This document shows positions 26,006 to 38,673 of a stretch of 64,000 bases of DNA, one piece after another (position 1 is the first letter of the stretch; every line of letters begins with the position of its first letter). Below the pieces are notes generated by a model that did not search any database, was not told the DNA's origin, and saw only the letters and a program-made list of their open reading frames with translations. Origin of the DNA: Chiloscyllium plagiosum (lineage: Eukaryota); assembly GCF_004010195.1 (NCBI RefSeq), contig NC_057719.1:66882764-66946763 (forward strand). Direction: 5' to 3'. The position numbers and the translations under genes are program-made.

Positions 26006-27067
26006 TCACCTCAGTAACCATGACTGGTGAGGTAGAGTATTGGAGTCATGTTTCAAGCTGTTCAATTTAGAATGCCTCACTGATTCTTTCTCTCACCTAC
26101 CTTGAGAAATAACCAAGTGACCCTTATCTCTCATGGGTATTCTCCAACGCTGTCCATTCCATTCTTTATTTTAAGCTTTTGAAGTTCAGTTGTGGCTTCT
26201 TCTCATTGCTACTTTCTGATTTTCATCCTTTTTCACTTAGGTAACTTTGCCGATTGCTTTATGAAACTTGACACTTCACCTTGATTATCATAATGTAAGG
26301 AAAGGAAGAAACTATCCTCAACTTATCAATGCTGCAATAATAGGTGAATTGCTTTTAAACGTAGAAAGTATTTGAACAGGAAGGGATCCATGTTAATCTG
26401 AAGAAGTGACCAGGTTATAAGCAACAGTTGGTTTGTTAAATGAGAATTCTCTGAGGAAGTAATCAGCTAGATAAAGTGAATAATCTAATGGGTGGAATTT
26501 ACATCAACCTTTGGAAGACAATTGCTAGAGCTCCACCATTTAGAGTTTTTGGGCTATTTAGGCTCCTGGAATTGATGGCAAGGCTTACAATGCATTTGGA
26601 TAGTGCACTGGAAACAAAGTCCTGGTCTTCTTGGAGTCATCACAAAAGTCCAATGTAGTCTACAAAATACCACAATCTATCTGATTTCTGTACTGCAAAT
26701 TACTATTTATCACAAGGAATTATAATTTGGCTACAGGTAAAATGTTATATACTGTCAGCATATAACACTTAATTAAAGCTCTACTACATTTATAGATGCC
26801 CCTTACATACAGACAAACAAACAGATAGGTTATGGTTAAAGGGGAAAGACTGGAAAGATAGTTCAGTGGTGTTTGTTCCCAAGTTCTATTGTTAAGGTGA
26901 TCCTTATGACACTTCCATTGGCTAGCGCATTGCCTCATCGTCTTTCTCCAGATGTTTCCACTGGTTGATAAGAGACACAAGGTGGCCAATTCACTTGTGA
27001 AAAGTCTCTGACTCATTAGGTTTACAATGAGCTTTTATAGCTGAGAACAAGGAAATCGCTCCCAGTC

Positions 27068-27180
27068 TGGACAAAGTCAGAAGTCATACAACACCAGGTT
27101 ATAGTCCAACAGATGTAGTGTGATTGGTGTTGTGTGACTTCTGAGTTTGTCCACCCTAGTCCAGTAGTGGCATCTCCACG
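27068..27180. mobile_element. Internally deleted family-B Penelope palindrome (hammerhead region missing)
   Basis: Arms TGGACAAAGTCAGAAGTCATACAACACCA (27068-27096) and TGGTGTTGTGTGACTTCTGAGTTTGTCCA (27125-27153). Confidence 0.7.
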
Positions 27181-27202
27181 ATCTAGGGAAGAGTTGAACA
27201 CT

Positions 27203-27246
27203 TCTTTCTTTCTCTCCCTCTCTCTCGCTCTCTCTCTCTCGCTCTG
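27203..27246 (+). repeat. Imperfect (TC)n microsatellite
   Basis: tctttctttctctccctctctctcgctctctctctctcgctct. Confidence 0.85.
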
Positions 27247-28029
27247 TCATTCCCAGCTCCAATCAATTCAATGGTGTGAGAACCAATCACACAGTTTTTG
27301 GCAGGCAAAACATCTCTGTCATTGACAACTGGTCACTAGTCCATACATCAGTCAATTGCTATTCCAGCAAAGGCTGCATCTGAACATCCGCTCAGCTTGA
27401 AATCATCTGCACCTCAAAATCCAATTACTGCTATTCAAATAGTTGTTGGAATGATGCCTGTCATTAGTGTTAAATTATTTGCTTTCAAAACTGCAGTCAA
27501 TCATTCTAAAAATGCTTTTTTAAATATTTTTTTCATTTCAATCCACACTCTTAAAAACACAAAAGGAATAGACATAGTCCATACACAAGTTAGTTAGGTC
27601 AATTGTAACTAGTTTAATAGAAGTGGTAGGAAAATCTATCATTGAAGAAGCAGTAACTAAAATATTCTTTACTAATTATTAGAAGTCTTTCAGAACTGAC
27701 TAAATAAGGATAATGCAGTAGGTGTAAAGGTCCTGCATTCTTTAGAACTTCCTTGATTTCATTCTATTGAATTCAACAGAATTAAAATAAGGTGAGAAGG
27801 ATAAAGGATATGTGATCAAGTCACATTACCATCCAAACTGTGTAAATGGAAATCTTCCGAGAGGCTTAATTGAATTCAAACAAATGTTTCACAGATTTCC
27901 TCATTTCAAGCAGACTAGCAAGGGAGCATAAAATTCAGAGCGGATAATTTGGCTGAATAGATTGAGGTCTAGCATGACACTAGATGACAGGGTGCGAGCC
28001 CTGGGAAACATCACTATAAACCACCCTCG

Positions 28030-28370
28030 GGCTACCAACAGCAACCATTAACTACTCCTGTCTATTTCCTGTCACTCAGCCAGTTTTGTATCCATTTTGT
28101 TACTGTCCCATTTATTCTATGAATTCTAACTTTTCTCACAAATCTGTGGTGTGGTCTGGTATCAAATGCCTTGTAGGATTCCATGCATACCCCATCAACA
28201 GCCTCACATCAACCCACTGTTACCTTGTCAAAATACTCAAGTAAGTTACTTAAACATCACTTCCCCTTATCAAATCCATGAAATTTCCTGAATGAATCTA
28301 AATTTGTCCACATGACTATTAATATTGTCCTAAATTATTGTTTCTAGAAGTCGTTGTATCACCTGATCCT
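28030..28370 (-). mobile_element. Degenerate CR1 RT fragment
   Basis: ctcagccagttttgtatccat..., atcaaatgccttgtaggattccat, aaatccatg: reverse complement of the CR1 RT region. Confidence 0.55.
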
Positions 28371-30466
28371 GGGCCCTTGTTATATTAACTTAACCCACGC
28401 AGTAGGATTTTATAATCTGCCAGTTTTACGTCCCAGCTGACTGAATTCTGCATTGTAGATTATGTTATAACTACACCCAATGGTAGCTTGTTTAATTCCC
28501 ATTCTTAAATGTCGGTAAGTAATAAAAGAACACAGTTTATCTTTCAAGACACTTGAATCATTCAGATGGGAAGAAATTTGTGGCTGCATTAATGCAGTGA
28601 TATGTTTTTGGGCAAGGACAAGGTTAGCTGTCAAGTTTAAATGATAAGGCATCACGACTGGATAAGATGTATCCCAAGTATAATGAGAATGGTAGATGGG
28701 AAATTACAGAGACACATTTTCCTTAGATTTAATTGTGTCGGAGGTAAACTGCAAACATTACAAAGTTAATAAGCACCTCTTCCACAGGACATTTAGCAAG
28801 TGGAATAAACTCCCAACAGAAAAAGAAATTGGAATGACATGCATTGAGAATCAGTATAGATGGTCACGGAGATATTTAACAACATTACTTTTCTTATTTT
28901 TCTCACTGGAAGTTGGGAAACGTAAATTAAAGATCTCTCAAGCAAAGGATCAAGAGATGGTGGAAAGGAAGTCCATGATCGAGCAACTGTAGAAGAATTC
29001 TTATCGAACACACTTGCATCAGGTTTTGCATGGCTTTGTATATTTTTGATACTTTTGTACATTGTTTGACTGATGTCTTGAGAAAGTAGAGGTTCCCACC
29101 CATATTTCCCTATCAAAGATTATCTGGGAAATGGAGCTTTGTCTTTGCTTCCAAATCCATACAACTCTGTGGCTGATCTTTAGAATTATCTGGAAGAATA
29201 TACAGTTGGCAGTTTACAAGCCATATATCGGATTTCACCAATATTAGCCTGAGATCAGAAACAACAAGATAACTGAAATACTAGATCTTGAGAACTGAGG
29301 TTCAAAGTGACACAGCCTCTTTCAAAATAAAGATTACAGGAAACATTTTCCACTTTTATTAATTATTAAATCTCAAGAGGAATATTTGTATCTTCTAATA
29401 ATTAACTCCTTCATGAAGGAAGGGCATAAATTTTAGGTTGGGAATGGAATCAATCTAAGCAAAAAACTTTCTGGAATGTGGTCATTCTTGTCATGCTATG
29501 ATGAAGGAAGATGGTCTAAAGAGAATAGTTTGTTAAAATCAATGGTGAACATATAGAGATTAAAAGGATTTTTGGCTTTTTAAAAATGTTTTTGGAGATT
29601 GGGGAATGTTTACAAGAAGTTGTCCCTTGAGAAATTAAATTGACAAGATAGACTGCATATGGTCAATGGAAAGAGTTATTTTGATGGGTCTATTGCTTTT
29701 GCCATTATGCTTTTTTCTTAACTCTTCAAAGGTGTTAGCCTAGAAATGCTATAGTGCTATACCCTATTTTCAGATGTTCCATGTGTACCTATGTATTCAA
29801 TAAAGTGGGCAGCAAATGTTATTATAAAATTGGAACCATGAAATCTGTCATATTAATATAGGCAACCACCACAAATCTGAAACAGATATTATTCCCTTTG
29901 TATATTAGAATAAGAATAAGGGGCCTAATACCTGCTTAAGTTTTCACCCATACTCTCTCACACCTCACATATCAGCACTGGAGAAAACTAGCTCTGTGGG
30001 CAATGACAATCTCTGGGAATAGATAACCAGTTGCAAGTTTGTTTGTCTTTGAACCACAGTGACTCTACAATCATGTTTACATCTAGTCTTGCATCTCTTT
30101 GGAGATAGCAATGAGTTTTACCTAATGCCAAAGTAAGGACTTAAACTAATGTAACACATTAGTGCCAGCTATTTATATCCCTCCACTTATATGCCTTCAC
30201 TATCATGACTGTCACACTCTCCCAATCACCACCACAAATATCCTTGATAATTCTCTACACTACTCATCCTCCTGGTCACTCAATTCCTCTTTTTGAGGAC
30301 TTAATTGAGGGTTGAGACCAGTGATGCAAAAAATCAAATATTTGAGGCCTTTCCTTTGACAAGCTTCCTTGAAGTCTGTCCTATTAATGTCTCGATTTGC
30401 TAGATCAAAATGATAATGAGGGCTGCCGCCCAACATAAGGGTGTGCCTTGGACTTAGCTTTTTAGA

Positions 30467-30972
30467 CTGGTCTCCCTGCTATAGGAAGGATGTTCTGAAA
30501 CTTGAAAGGGTTCAGAAAGGATTTACAAGGATGTTGCCAGGATTGAAGGGTTTGAGTTATAGGGAGAGACTGAAAAGACTGGGGCTATTTTCCCTGGAGT
30601 GTCGGACACTGAGGGGTGGCCTTACCGAGGTTTATAAAGGGTAAATAAACAAGGCCTTTTCCAAGGGGTGAGGAAGTCCAAAACTGGATGGCATAGGTTT
30701 AAGGTGAGAGGGGAAAGATTTCAAAGGGATTTAAGCGACAACTTATTCACGCAGAAGGTGGTGCAAGTATGGAATGAGCTGCCTGCGTAAGTGTGGAGGC
30801 TGATACCATTACAACATATAAAAGGCATCTGGATAGGTATATGAAGAGAAAGGGTTTAGAGGCCAAATGCTGGCAAATTGGACTAGATTTATTAGGATAT
30901 TTGGTTGGCATGAACAAGTTGGACTGAAGGGTCTGTTTTCATGTTGTATTTCTCTATGAATCTATGACTCTA
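30467..30972 (+). mobile_element. CR1/HER1-type LINE 3' end
   Basis: WSPCYRKDVLKLERVQKGFTRMLPGL...; tail tctatgactct. Confidence 0.95.
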
Positions 30973-31539
30973 CACACCTCCATATATGCTTATTTTGCAC
31001 TTGTGCTATCTGTTACTTCTCTGTATACTTTCTTCATCCTAATACTCCTAGTAATTTCACAGCTATACAAATGATCAATCTGAGTCAGTTTAGATTAGAA
31101 TAAGTTTTAAACAACGGAAAAATTGCTGTGGAAAACAAATGGATTTGTTTAATGTAAAACTTCAAATTCATTTCAATGCCAATAATGTATAATTTTGATT
31201 ACAGGCATTAATTCAAAAGTCTGGATATTATACATAATCAAGAAACCTAAATATTATTTTGATTAAGCTACAGCTACTGCAAACTACATAAATTTTCACC
31301 TCCTATTCTGCCATTTACTAAATACCATTTGTAATTTTACCATTGGTGGCAAATTTTAAATTTATATATTCTGAGTCTATGAAAAATGACAACTAAAAGA
31401 ACACTTACAAATTGGTAATTTTTTTGCAGACTACCTGAGGTTAATGTCCCTTGTAATTATCATTCCATTTCCATGCGTAATGTCAGCAAACATTATTCCC
31501 TTTGCTTGTTACAGCATGTTAAAGGTATGGCAGTGTTTT

Positions 31540-31690
31540 ATTTGCATACAAGATTAGAAATAGGCAGACTTTACAAAGACTAGCAAACACTTCTACCCCT
31601 TCAGACCAGCAGCTACTTCCTGGCTGCGGGGATGATAAAATCTCAGAACACCGGTCGGAAAGTTGCATCACTCTTAAATTTCCTTTGAAG
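31540..31690 (+). promoter_or_regulatory. Putative RASGRP1 promoter-proximal motif cluster
   Basis: Octamer ATTTGCAT (31540-47), ETS ACTTCCTG (31615-22), GATA TGATAA (31633-38) and TCF/LEF CCTTTGAAG (31682-90) in repeat-free DNA 135-285 bp upstream of the start codon. TSS unknown. Confidence 0.4.
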
Positions 31691-31824
31691 ACACATTAGC
31701 AACAGCATTGGCAGAGGATTCAGTTGTTGCACAAGCAGCATGAGATGAACTTCATTTTATTGTTTGCACTATTGCATGAGCGATGAGATACCAACAAAAT
31801 GCAACATTTCAGCCCACGGATAAT

Positions 31825-31856
31825 ATGGGAACATTAGAGGGATTCAAAAAAACTCG
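31825..31856 (+). CDS. RASGRP1: RAS guanyl-releasing protein 1, first coding exon (MGTLEGFKKT-R)
   Basis: aatATGG (strong Kozak) GA ACA TTA GAG GGA TTC AAA AAA ACT CG|GTGAGT consensus donor. MGTL matches the mammalian RASGRP1 N-terminus, and the phase-2 end completes CG+G=Arg with the exon at 41017. Confidence 0.85.
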
Positions 31857-31930
31857 GTGAGTTAAAATTAGCTTGTACTTCCTTATCTTGCAATCGTATT
31901 TGTAGCTATTTTAATCCCACAGCTCAAGAA

Positions 31931-32650
31931 AAAGTTAAAAATCACACAACACCAGGTTATAGTCCAATAGGTTTATTTGGAAGCACTAGCTTTCAGAGTG
32001 CTGCTCCTTCATCGGGTGGTTCTGGAGAACAAGATCATAAGACACTGAATTTAAAGCAAAAGTTACAGCGTAATGCAACTAAAATTACATATTGAAAAAG
32101 ATCTGGATTGTTTGTTAAGTCTTTCATCTTTTAGAATGAACATGTTGGTTTCAGTTCTTTCATATGTAAATCCCAGAACTTTTTTTAAAGTTACATTCTC
32201 AAGTGAAATTTAACAATAGATGCCATGTCGTCTCAGATAATGCACTGATGATGTGAGGTGCCCTGCGTGAGGTTTAATGTGCCTCAATGTTCAGACTGAC
32301 TCTATTTCTAAAAAAGGGATTTACAGAATCTTACATGGATTCATGCAGTTTTGAGCAAAATAAAATATAATTCTGCAAGTACAAATTCACCCCACAAACT
32401 TATATGTGTGTGTTGCATGTTGATGTGTGTGTGGGGGGCAGTTTAAGTGTCTATGAGAGAGTGTGTATATGTGTATATGTGTATGTATGTGAGTGTAAAG
32501 GGGTAAAAGTCTGTGAGGTGAGTATGTGTGTGTGAGAGAGAGTGAGGGAGACAGTGTGTAGTGCAGTGGGGTAACCTTGACATGAACCCAAGGTCCCATG
32601 GGTACCAAACTCGGCTATCAGCCTCTGCTCGGCCACTTTGCATTTCTGGA
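31931..32650 (-). mobile_element. Penelope-like retroelement 3' end (family B) in RASGRP1 intron 1
   Basis: Minus-strand KVAEQRLIAEFGTHG.../DLGFMS (GIY-YIG C-terminus, ~32580-32645), a CA-rich tract, and the family-B terminus with decayed hammerhead CAC-CCGATGA-A-GGAGC-AGC-ACTCT-GAAA-GC-TA-GTG (31984-32018). Confidence 0.75.
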
Positions 32651-33610
32651 AAAGGGTTATCTTTGTTATGGCTAGTTTTACTCTTTGATGATGATAACAT
32701 TCTTGAACTGCTTCAAATTGCATTTCACCTTTGCATTTTGTCACGTAAGTAGAATTTTTATTCTACAACAATATTCCTGTTGTAGACTTTTCATTTAATT
32801 TCATTAATTGCAGTCAAAAACAGTTTTCATCTAATGTAGAAACAGGAATAGGCCATTTTGCCCATCAAGCCTATTTATTAAACCATGGTTTCACTGTATC
32901 ATGATAAAAACTACATCTCCTTGGTTCCATAACTCTTAACACCCTTGCCCAACAAAAATGGATCAATTTCAATTTTGAATTTTGCAATTGTGCTAGTGTC
33001 AGCAGCTTTTTTAGGACGGGCATTCTGTGTATCTTGATAATTTAATGGTTCAGAAAATGCAAATGCTGCAAAAATTTTATGTTGTTTACTATTTTAATCC
33101 ACTGCATACCTGAAAGGCTGACATAGAGAGTTATGCTGAGAGGCTAAACTCAAATCAGACAATTTGCCATATTCAGAATTATTAGAATAGTTTTTTAGGG
33201 ATGTGGAATTTACATTGATTTTAAAGGAGCCTGAACTGCAAATGACTTGTCCCCAATCCCCTTACCTCAAAAAAGAGACTCGTGGGAGTTTTCCCATTTT
33301 GAGATAGAACAATTGTGGATTTGGAGGTACAGTGATTTGCAGACTACACAACTGGACTTATTTTTAAATACTGTTTCAGCCTTATAACCTCAGTTGCTTG
33401 AGATTAAAACATTTTTAAAGTAACTCTACCTTTAATAGTATAAAGTATTCCTGCAAGTGGCGGCTCCGTAACTGAGTTTTCACAACCTGCTGATATTTGA
33501 AAACTTTATATTTTCACCAATTTAAACTTCTGAACCTTAAAATCAATGTTTATTCTTGGTGTCACTCAACATTAGGAAGTACTGTTTGATATGAATTATG
33601 TTCTTAAACT

Positions 33611-34682
33611 TATATAGAGGCATGTTTCATATCAATGAACATTCTAATGATTGGCCACTGACCTGAAACATTAACTCATTTATTCTCTCCGCAAATGCTA
33701 CCAGACCTGTTGATTATGTCCAGCATTTTCTGTCTTTAGTTTAAAACAAATTCATTTCTGAGTGTTAATAAGATCAATGCTTTTCTCATTGTTAGTATGT
33801 GGTTGACTTTGCTAATTTACATACTATTTCAGTGTTGTAATCAGAGTTCAGCCTTCATTATAAAACATCTTGCTAAACTTGTTTGGTAGTTTCATTTTCT
33901 CTGGAATTGACGTAACTGATGTCCACAATGTATTCTTCAAATCTATACCTTAACTAACAGGTGGTGTTTTGCAAGGGCACCAGTTTTTCCACAAGTCTAT
34001 CATAAATAATTCTTTCACATATTACTGCAAACAATGTGAACTGTATCTTCAATCAATACATTTAAAATTAGGCCAAGGGTTTTTCCCATCTCCTTTCCAA
34101 CCCCATCTGTATTCTTTCCTGATGTTTAATGCCTATAAGTGAAATGGAGCTCATCAGTGCAGGTGCCGACAGAACTTTAATTTCATTTTTAAATTTTTGA
34201 ATCCAAACTGAAACTGACAAAAAGCAAAGGTTACAAACTGATAGTAGGAGTTATTTTGGAGATTGTGATGTGTTCCTTGCTTTACTGTTCATATATTTTC
34301 CGAGGATCTGGGGGAGGTTGCTTCTTAAATTGCTAATGTAACTATGTACATATTTGGGGATCTGGACCAATTAATTAAATGAGCTAACAAATTGTGTCGA
34401 TTTGACAGGTTAGGAGATATGTGAAGAGTGAAGCCATTGGATTTATGGAAGTCATTTTATTTTAACTACGTAACACTTTTGCAAAGTCAACCACATTCTA
34501 ACAATGAGAAAAGCATTTATGTTATTAACACTCAGAAATGAATCTTTTCTAAACTAACGACAGAAAATGCAGGACATAATCAACAGGTCTGGTAGCATTT
34601 ACAGAGAGAATGAACAGTTTAATGTTTCAGGTCAGTGGCCAGTCATCAGAATGTTCATTGATATGAAACATGCCTCTATGTA
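33611..34682. repeat. ~200-bp inverted repeat (33611-33812 and 34481-34682), 668-bp spacer
   Basis: e.g. ATGCTTTTCTCATTGTTAGTATGTGGTTGACTTTGC vs GCAAAGTCAACCACATTCTAACAATGAGAAAAGCAT; ATAGAGGCATGTTTCATATC vs GATATGAAACATGCCTCTAT. Confidence 0.95.
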
Positions 34683-36750
34683 GGTGCAGACCTGCCGAGT
34701 ATTTTCATCATTTTCTATTTGCATTTGTGATTTACAGCATCTACAGTACTTTTCTGTTGTATTAATGAAGCTGTCTCCACTGGGCCTTAAATATGGAAGC
34801 ATTAACAATGTAGACAAACACAAGTGTTTACCTTGGGTTGCTAGCACAGAATAACATTATAAAATTAGCAATTGCTTTGCAAGTAACAAATCTGTGGATA
34901 GACTCGAGGTAAATGTAATTACTGTTGCATCACATAGCTCTTTTTTAATGATTAATGAACTAGGCATCTGGTATGATTGTGACTGAACAAAATAAAGATA
35001 GATAAAAATAGATATCCTCTAATCCTTTAGAAGAACACAGCGGTTGGTAACTTTACGCTGTAATAGTAGATGAGGAAGACCATTTGGTTCAGCACAATGA
35101 ATCCATCCAAAGAACTTCTAATTTTTGCCACATTTCTAAAACAAAATTCCAATGTTTTTACTTTCTCTGCTTTAGCTACAAGTTTCTTCATGTAGATCAC
35201 TCATCATGTGAAGAAATACCTGATAACTATTTTAAAAGTGTCCTTCTCCGTTTAAACTTGTGCTTATTAAATCTAACGTTGCATCGTTTAGCCCACATAC
35301 ATAACCTATCCAGTTCAGTCTGCATTTTATAAGTTGCTTCTTCTAATTGGATGGCATCTACAATTTTGAAGATCTAGAGCAAATATGATTATTTTTCATA
35401 ACATTTATGAATCCAGTTCATTTATGTAAATTAGAAATAGTACTGGTCACAGCAGCCAGGCCTAATACATGATTCCCCAACTATAGCAAAACTCACTAAT
35501 GAATATTTCTTTCCTATTCTTTAAGTAGCTTCTAATTTGTTATCAGGGTTTTCCACAAGCCAGTGATACACAAGAAGCCATAACTGGGTGAGTGCAGATA
35601 TCTTCAGGGTTGAAAGGTTGAAAGAGTTTGTAAGAGAAAAGCAAAGGATGAGGCCAAGGAAAAATTTGAAAGCAAATATGAGAAGTTTTAAATCTCCTAT
35701 ATAATTAATTTGATTTAGTTTTCACTCATTTCTTGAAATTTAACTCTGTTGTTATACACAAAGCTCCTGATCTCCACATCATGCTGACATTTATAAGTCT
35801 GTGATTGTGCAACAGTGGTACATTTTCCATTTCCTGGGTTACTTACAAATACTAAATCAAAGCTAACATTGTCTGTTATGGCTTTTTCTTCACACACTGG
35901 GTTATGAAGTAAGGGGGATCTTTTAAATTCTTTTATTATTGAAACCTAGTTGTTATAAACTGATGGTACATGTTAAACAAATACTTTGAAAGTTTATTGC
36001 TCATCTTTGGAGAACAAGAACAAACTTGCAGAACCTCATGCAATTAAGTAAGTTGGGGCATGGTCCAGGCTTATGAAAGCATACATAGTCTGGAAACAAA
36101 GTACACCTGAAAGTGTTTTCAACCTTCCTTATTCCATGTATTCATATTTCTTTACCATCTGTTCCTCACACTGAGGAATACGTGTTCATAGATGTAAATG
36201 TTACTGGCAGTTAATACAAGCTTTTGTCTAAGGACAGTACTGCCCCTGGTGTTTGACTAACAGAATAGAAAATGAGAACGTTTCAGCATGCCTAAAACAT
36301 TGAAATAAAATAAGAAATTCAGTTGTTAAACATCTGAAACAAAAACAGATGAAACATTTTCTCCCCACAGATGCTGTCAGATCTGCTGTGTTCCTCCAGC
36401 AATTTCTGTTTTTGCCTAAAAGGTCAATTGTTTTGGAAGTGGAAACCCAAAGCTATACCATTGACAGAATGTGACATTTCTCTATTGAAATGTTTTGGAT
36501 GACAGGTCGGGCTTCAATCTTCTACACTTGCAGTGTACTACAGTGCTACCACTGGTCTTTGTTCCACTTTCAGTTAGAGGCGTCAAAGCTCCAGGTTAAA
36601 TCCAGGGCACTGCTTTCAGAAATCCTGGAGAAATATGTTTGCCATTTCAATATAAGAAGGTTATTTCAATTTTATTTGTAAGCTTTCACTTTTTCAGATG
36701 TAAACATTTTGAATATGGTTACATAGGATGTTTGTCTGACCAAAAATACA

Positions 36751-37410
36751 TTCTATCTGGTAACAGCTTCTTCACTTTCTAATTGGTGAGATAGACAATG
36801 TGTCATTCGGATAGATCTTGTTGGCAACCAGCTGTTGGAGTTGTAGGACAGACAGTCATGTGATGATATCTGCAGCAGTAGGTCCAGTCCAAATTGGGAA
36901 CCCTAGTTTCAGCAATAATGGATGAACTACTGCCTTTGAGGACAATGTCCTTTACCCCCTATCCCATCTACCCATGCACCCAATCCCCATCATCCCATGA
37001 TTACAAAAGGCCAACTTAGAAATGCAAACCATTAGTCTTTCTGCTGCAAGTAGGCTGGGCTCATCCACCATCATTGGCTTGCATGTGGCCTTGCCCAGCC
37101 AGACTGAAGTCAGTTTTGAGAAATGAAGGCTGTTGTTGAAAATCATGCACACAAATTAACCCACGACATTCCCATCTCTGAAATCTCCTCTCATCCACAA
37201 GATTCCAAGTGCCTGCATATCTATTTCTGGCTTCATCAGCCTCTCTGATGCTAACCGCTCAACCATTACATAACTGCAAACCTCATGGAGATGGTTAATA
37301 ACGATGTTTGACAAAAAATGTTCTACCTGGTAACAGCATCTTTACTTTCTAATGGGAGAGAAAGACAGTGTGCCATTAGGGTAGGTGTTGCTGGCAACCA
37401 GCTGTTGGAG
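36751..37410 (+). repeat. Diverged 90-bp direct repeat (36751-36840 and 37321-37410)
   Basis: 77/90 identical without gaps; weaker similarity extends ~35 bp upstream. Confidence 0.9.
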
Positions 37411-38673
37411 TAGCTGTGAAGTTCTTGTGCATAGGGAGCATCCCTGCCTCTGCATTGGAAGCCTGTGACTTAAATTCCAGTTCCAAGATTGGTTCACCAC
37501 AGAAAGACCATTCCTGACACAGTTCAAACAGGTTGATAATCAGCCAGTTAACCCTTATTACACTTGCCCACTATTTCCCAAAGCGAAAAAAGTTCACATG
37601 AAGATACAGTACAAATTGGTCACTGTTGCCTCTGACCTAAGCTCTGGAATTCCCTCTGCAAACCTCTCCAACTCTCAGTCTCTTTTCTTTCTTGAACCTC
37701 CTTTAAAACTCCCTGACCAAACTTTTGGTAATTTACTTTGATTTCTCTTTATGCGTTTTGATGTTAAATTTTATTTGATAATGCTCCTATAAAGTATTTT
37801 GCAACATTTTGCTACAGGTGTTACATAAATACAATTTTTTTTTGTTATTGAAATGTTGAAACTGTAATATTAGTTACTTTTAAACAAAAGCAACATGTTG
37901 CAGAAGTCTGAAATAAAAACATGGCATATTGGAAGTTTTTAGCAGGGCAGGCAACATTCATGACGAATGATGACTGTCAGAATTGATTATGCTTCTCTGC
38001 CTTTAGAGGCTGCCTGTCCTGCTAAGAGCTTTCATCAATTTTATGTTTTTAATTTTTTTTAAATCTCTTTTCGCATTTCTTTAAGGATAGTACAGATATG
38101 AGACTGTAGAGCAGTGTTTCCCAAATATTTTCCCACTGTGAGCTATTTTAATGCCTCAGACTTTATATGGCCCCACAGTAATAATTTGTAGGGTATGCGA
38201 ATAATAAAGCAGGAGATGACGAGGATGGTAGATAATAAAAACGATCTTTTGTGGGCTTTTTATGCAGCAGCTATTGGGCCTATGAGCAGTGTACTAGTTT
38301 ACACCCTTCAACAAGAAAGCAAGGATTTAAACGCGATTTGCAGTTGTCAGAAACCAGTTCAAGCTCTAAGGCAATCGTTGTTACCTCTGAAGTCACAACC
38401 CCAATATCTTGTCTTGCCATTTCACTAGAGGTTGTGACCCACAGTTCAGGGAGCTCTGTTGTTCAAAATCTTATTATTCTAAATATTAATTCCAATGCTG
38501 AGCACAAATAAAGGTAAAAGGGCTAATAAAATGACATTTCTTGATTTTGGCACACTTTATCATTAGTTTTAAGGCTATAGCTATATGCACTAAGTATTAG
38601 CTGCCCATTTTTAAAACAGGTAACTAATCAAGAGATGCAAATATGTCTGTTCTTTGATGTGCCTCTATATAGG

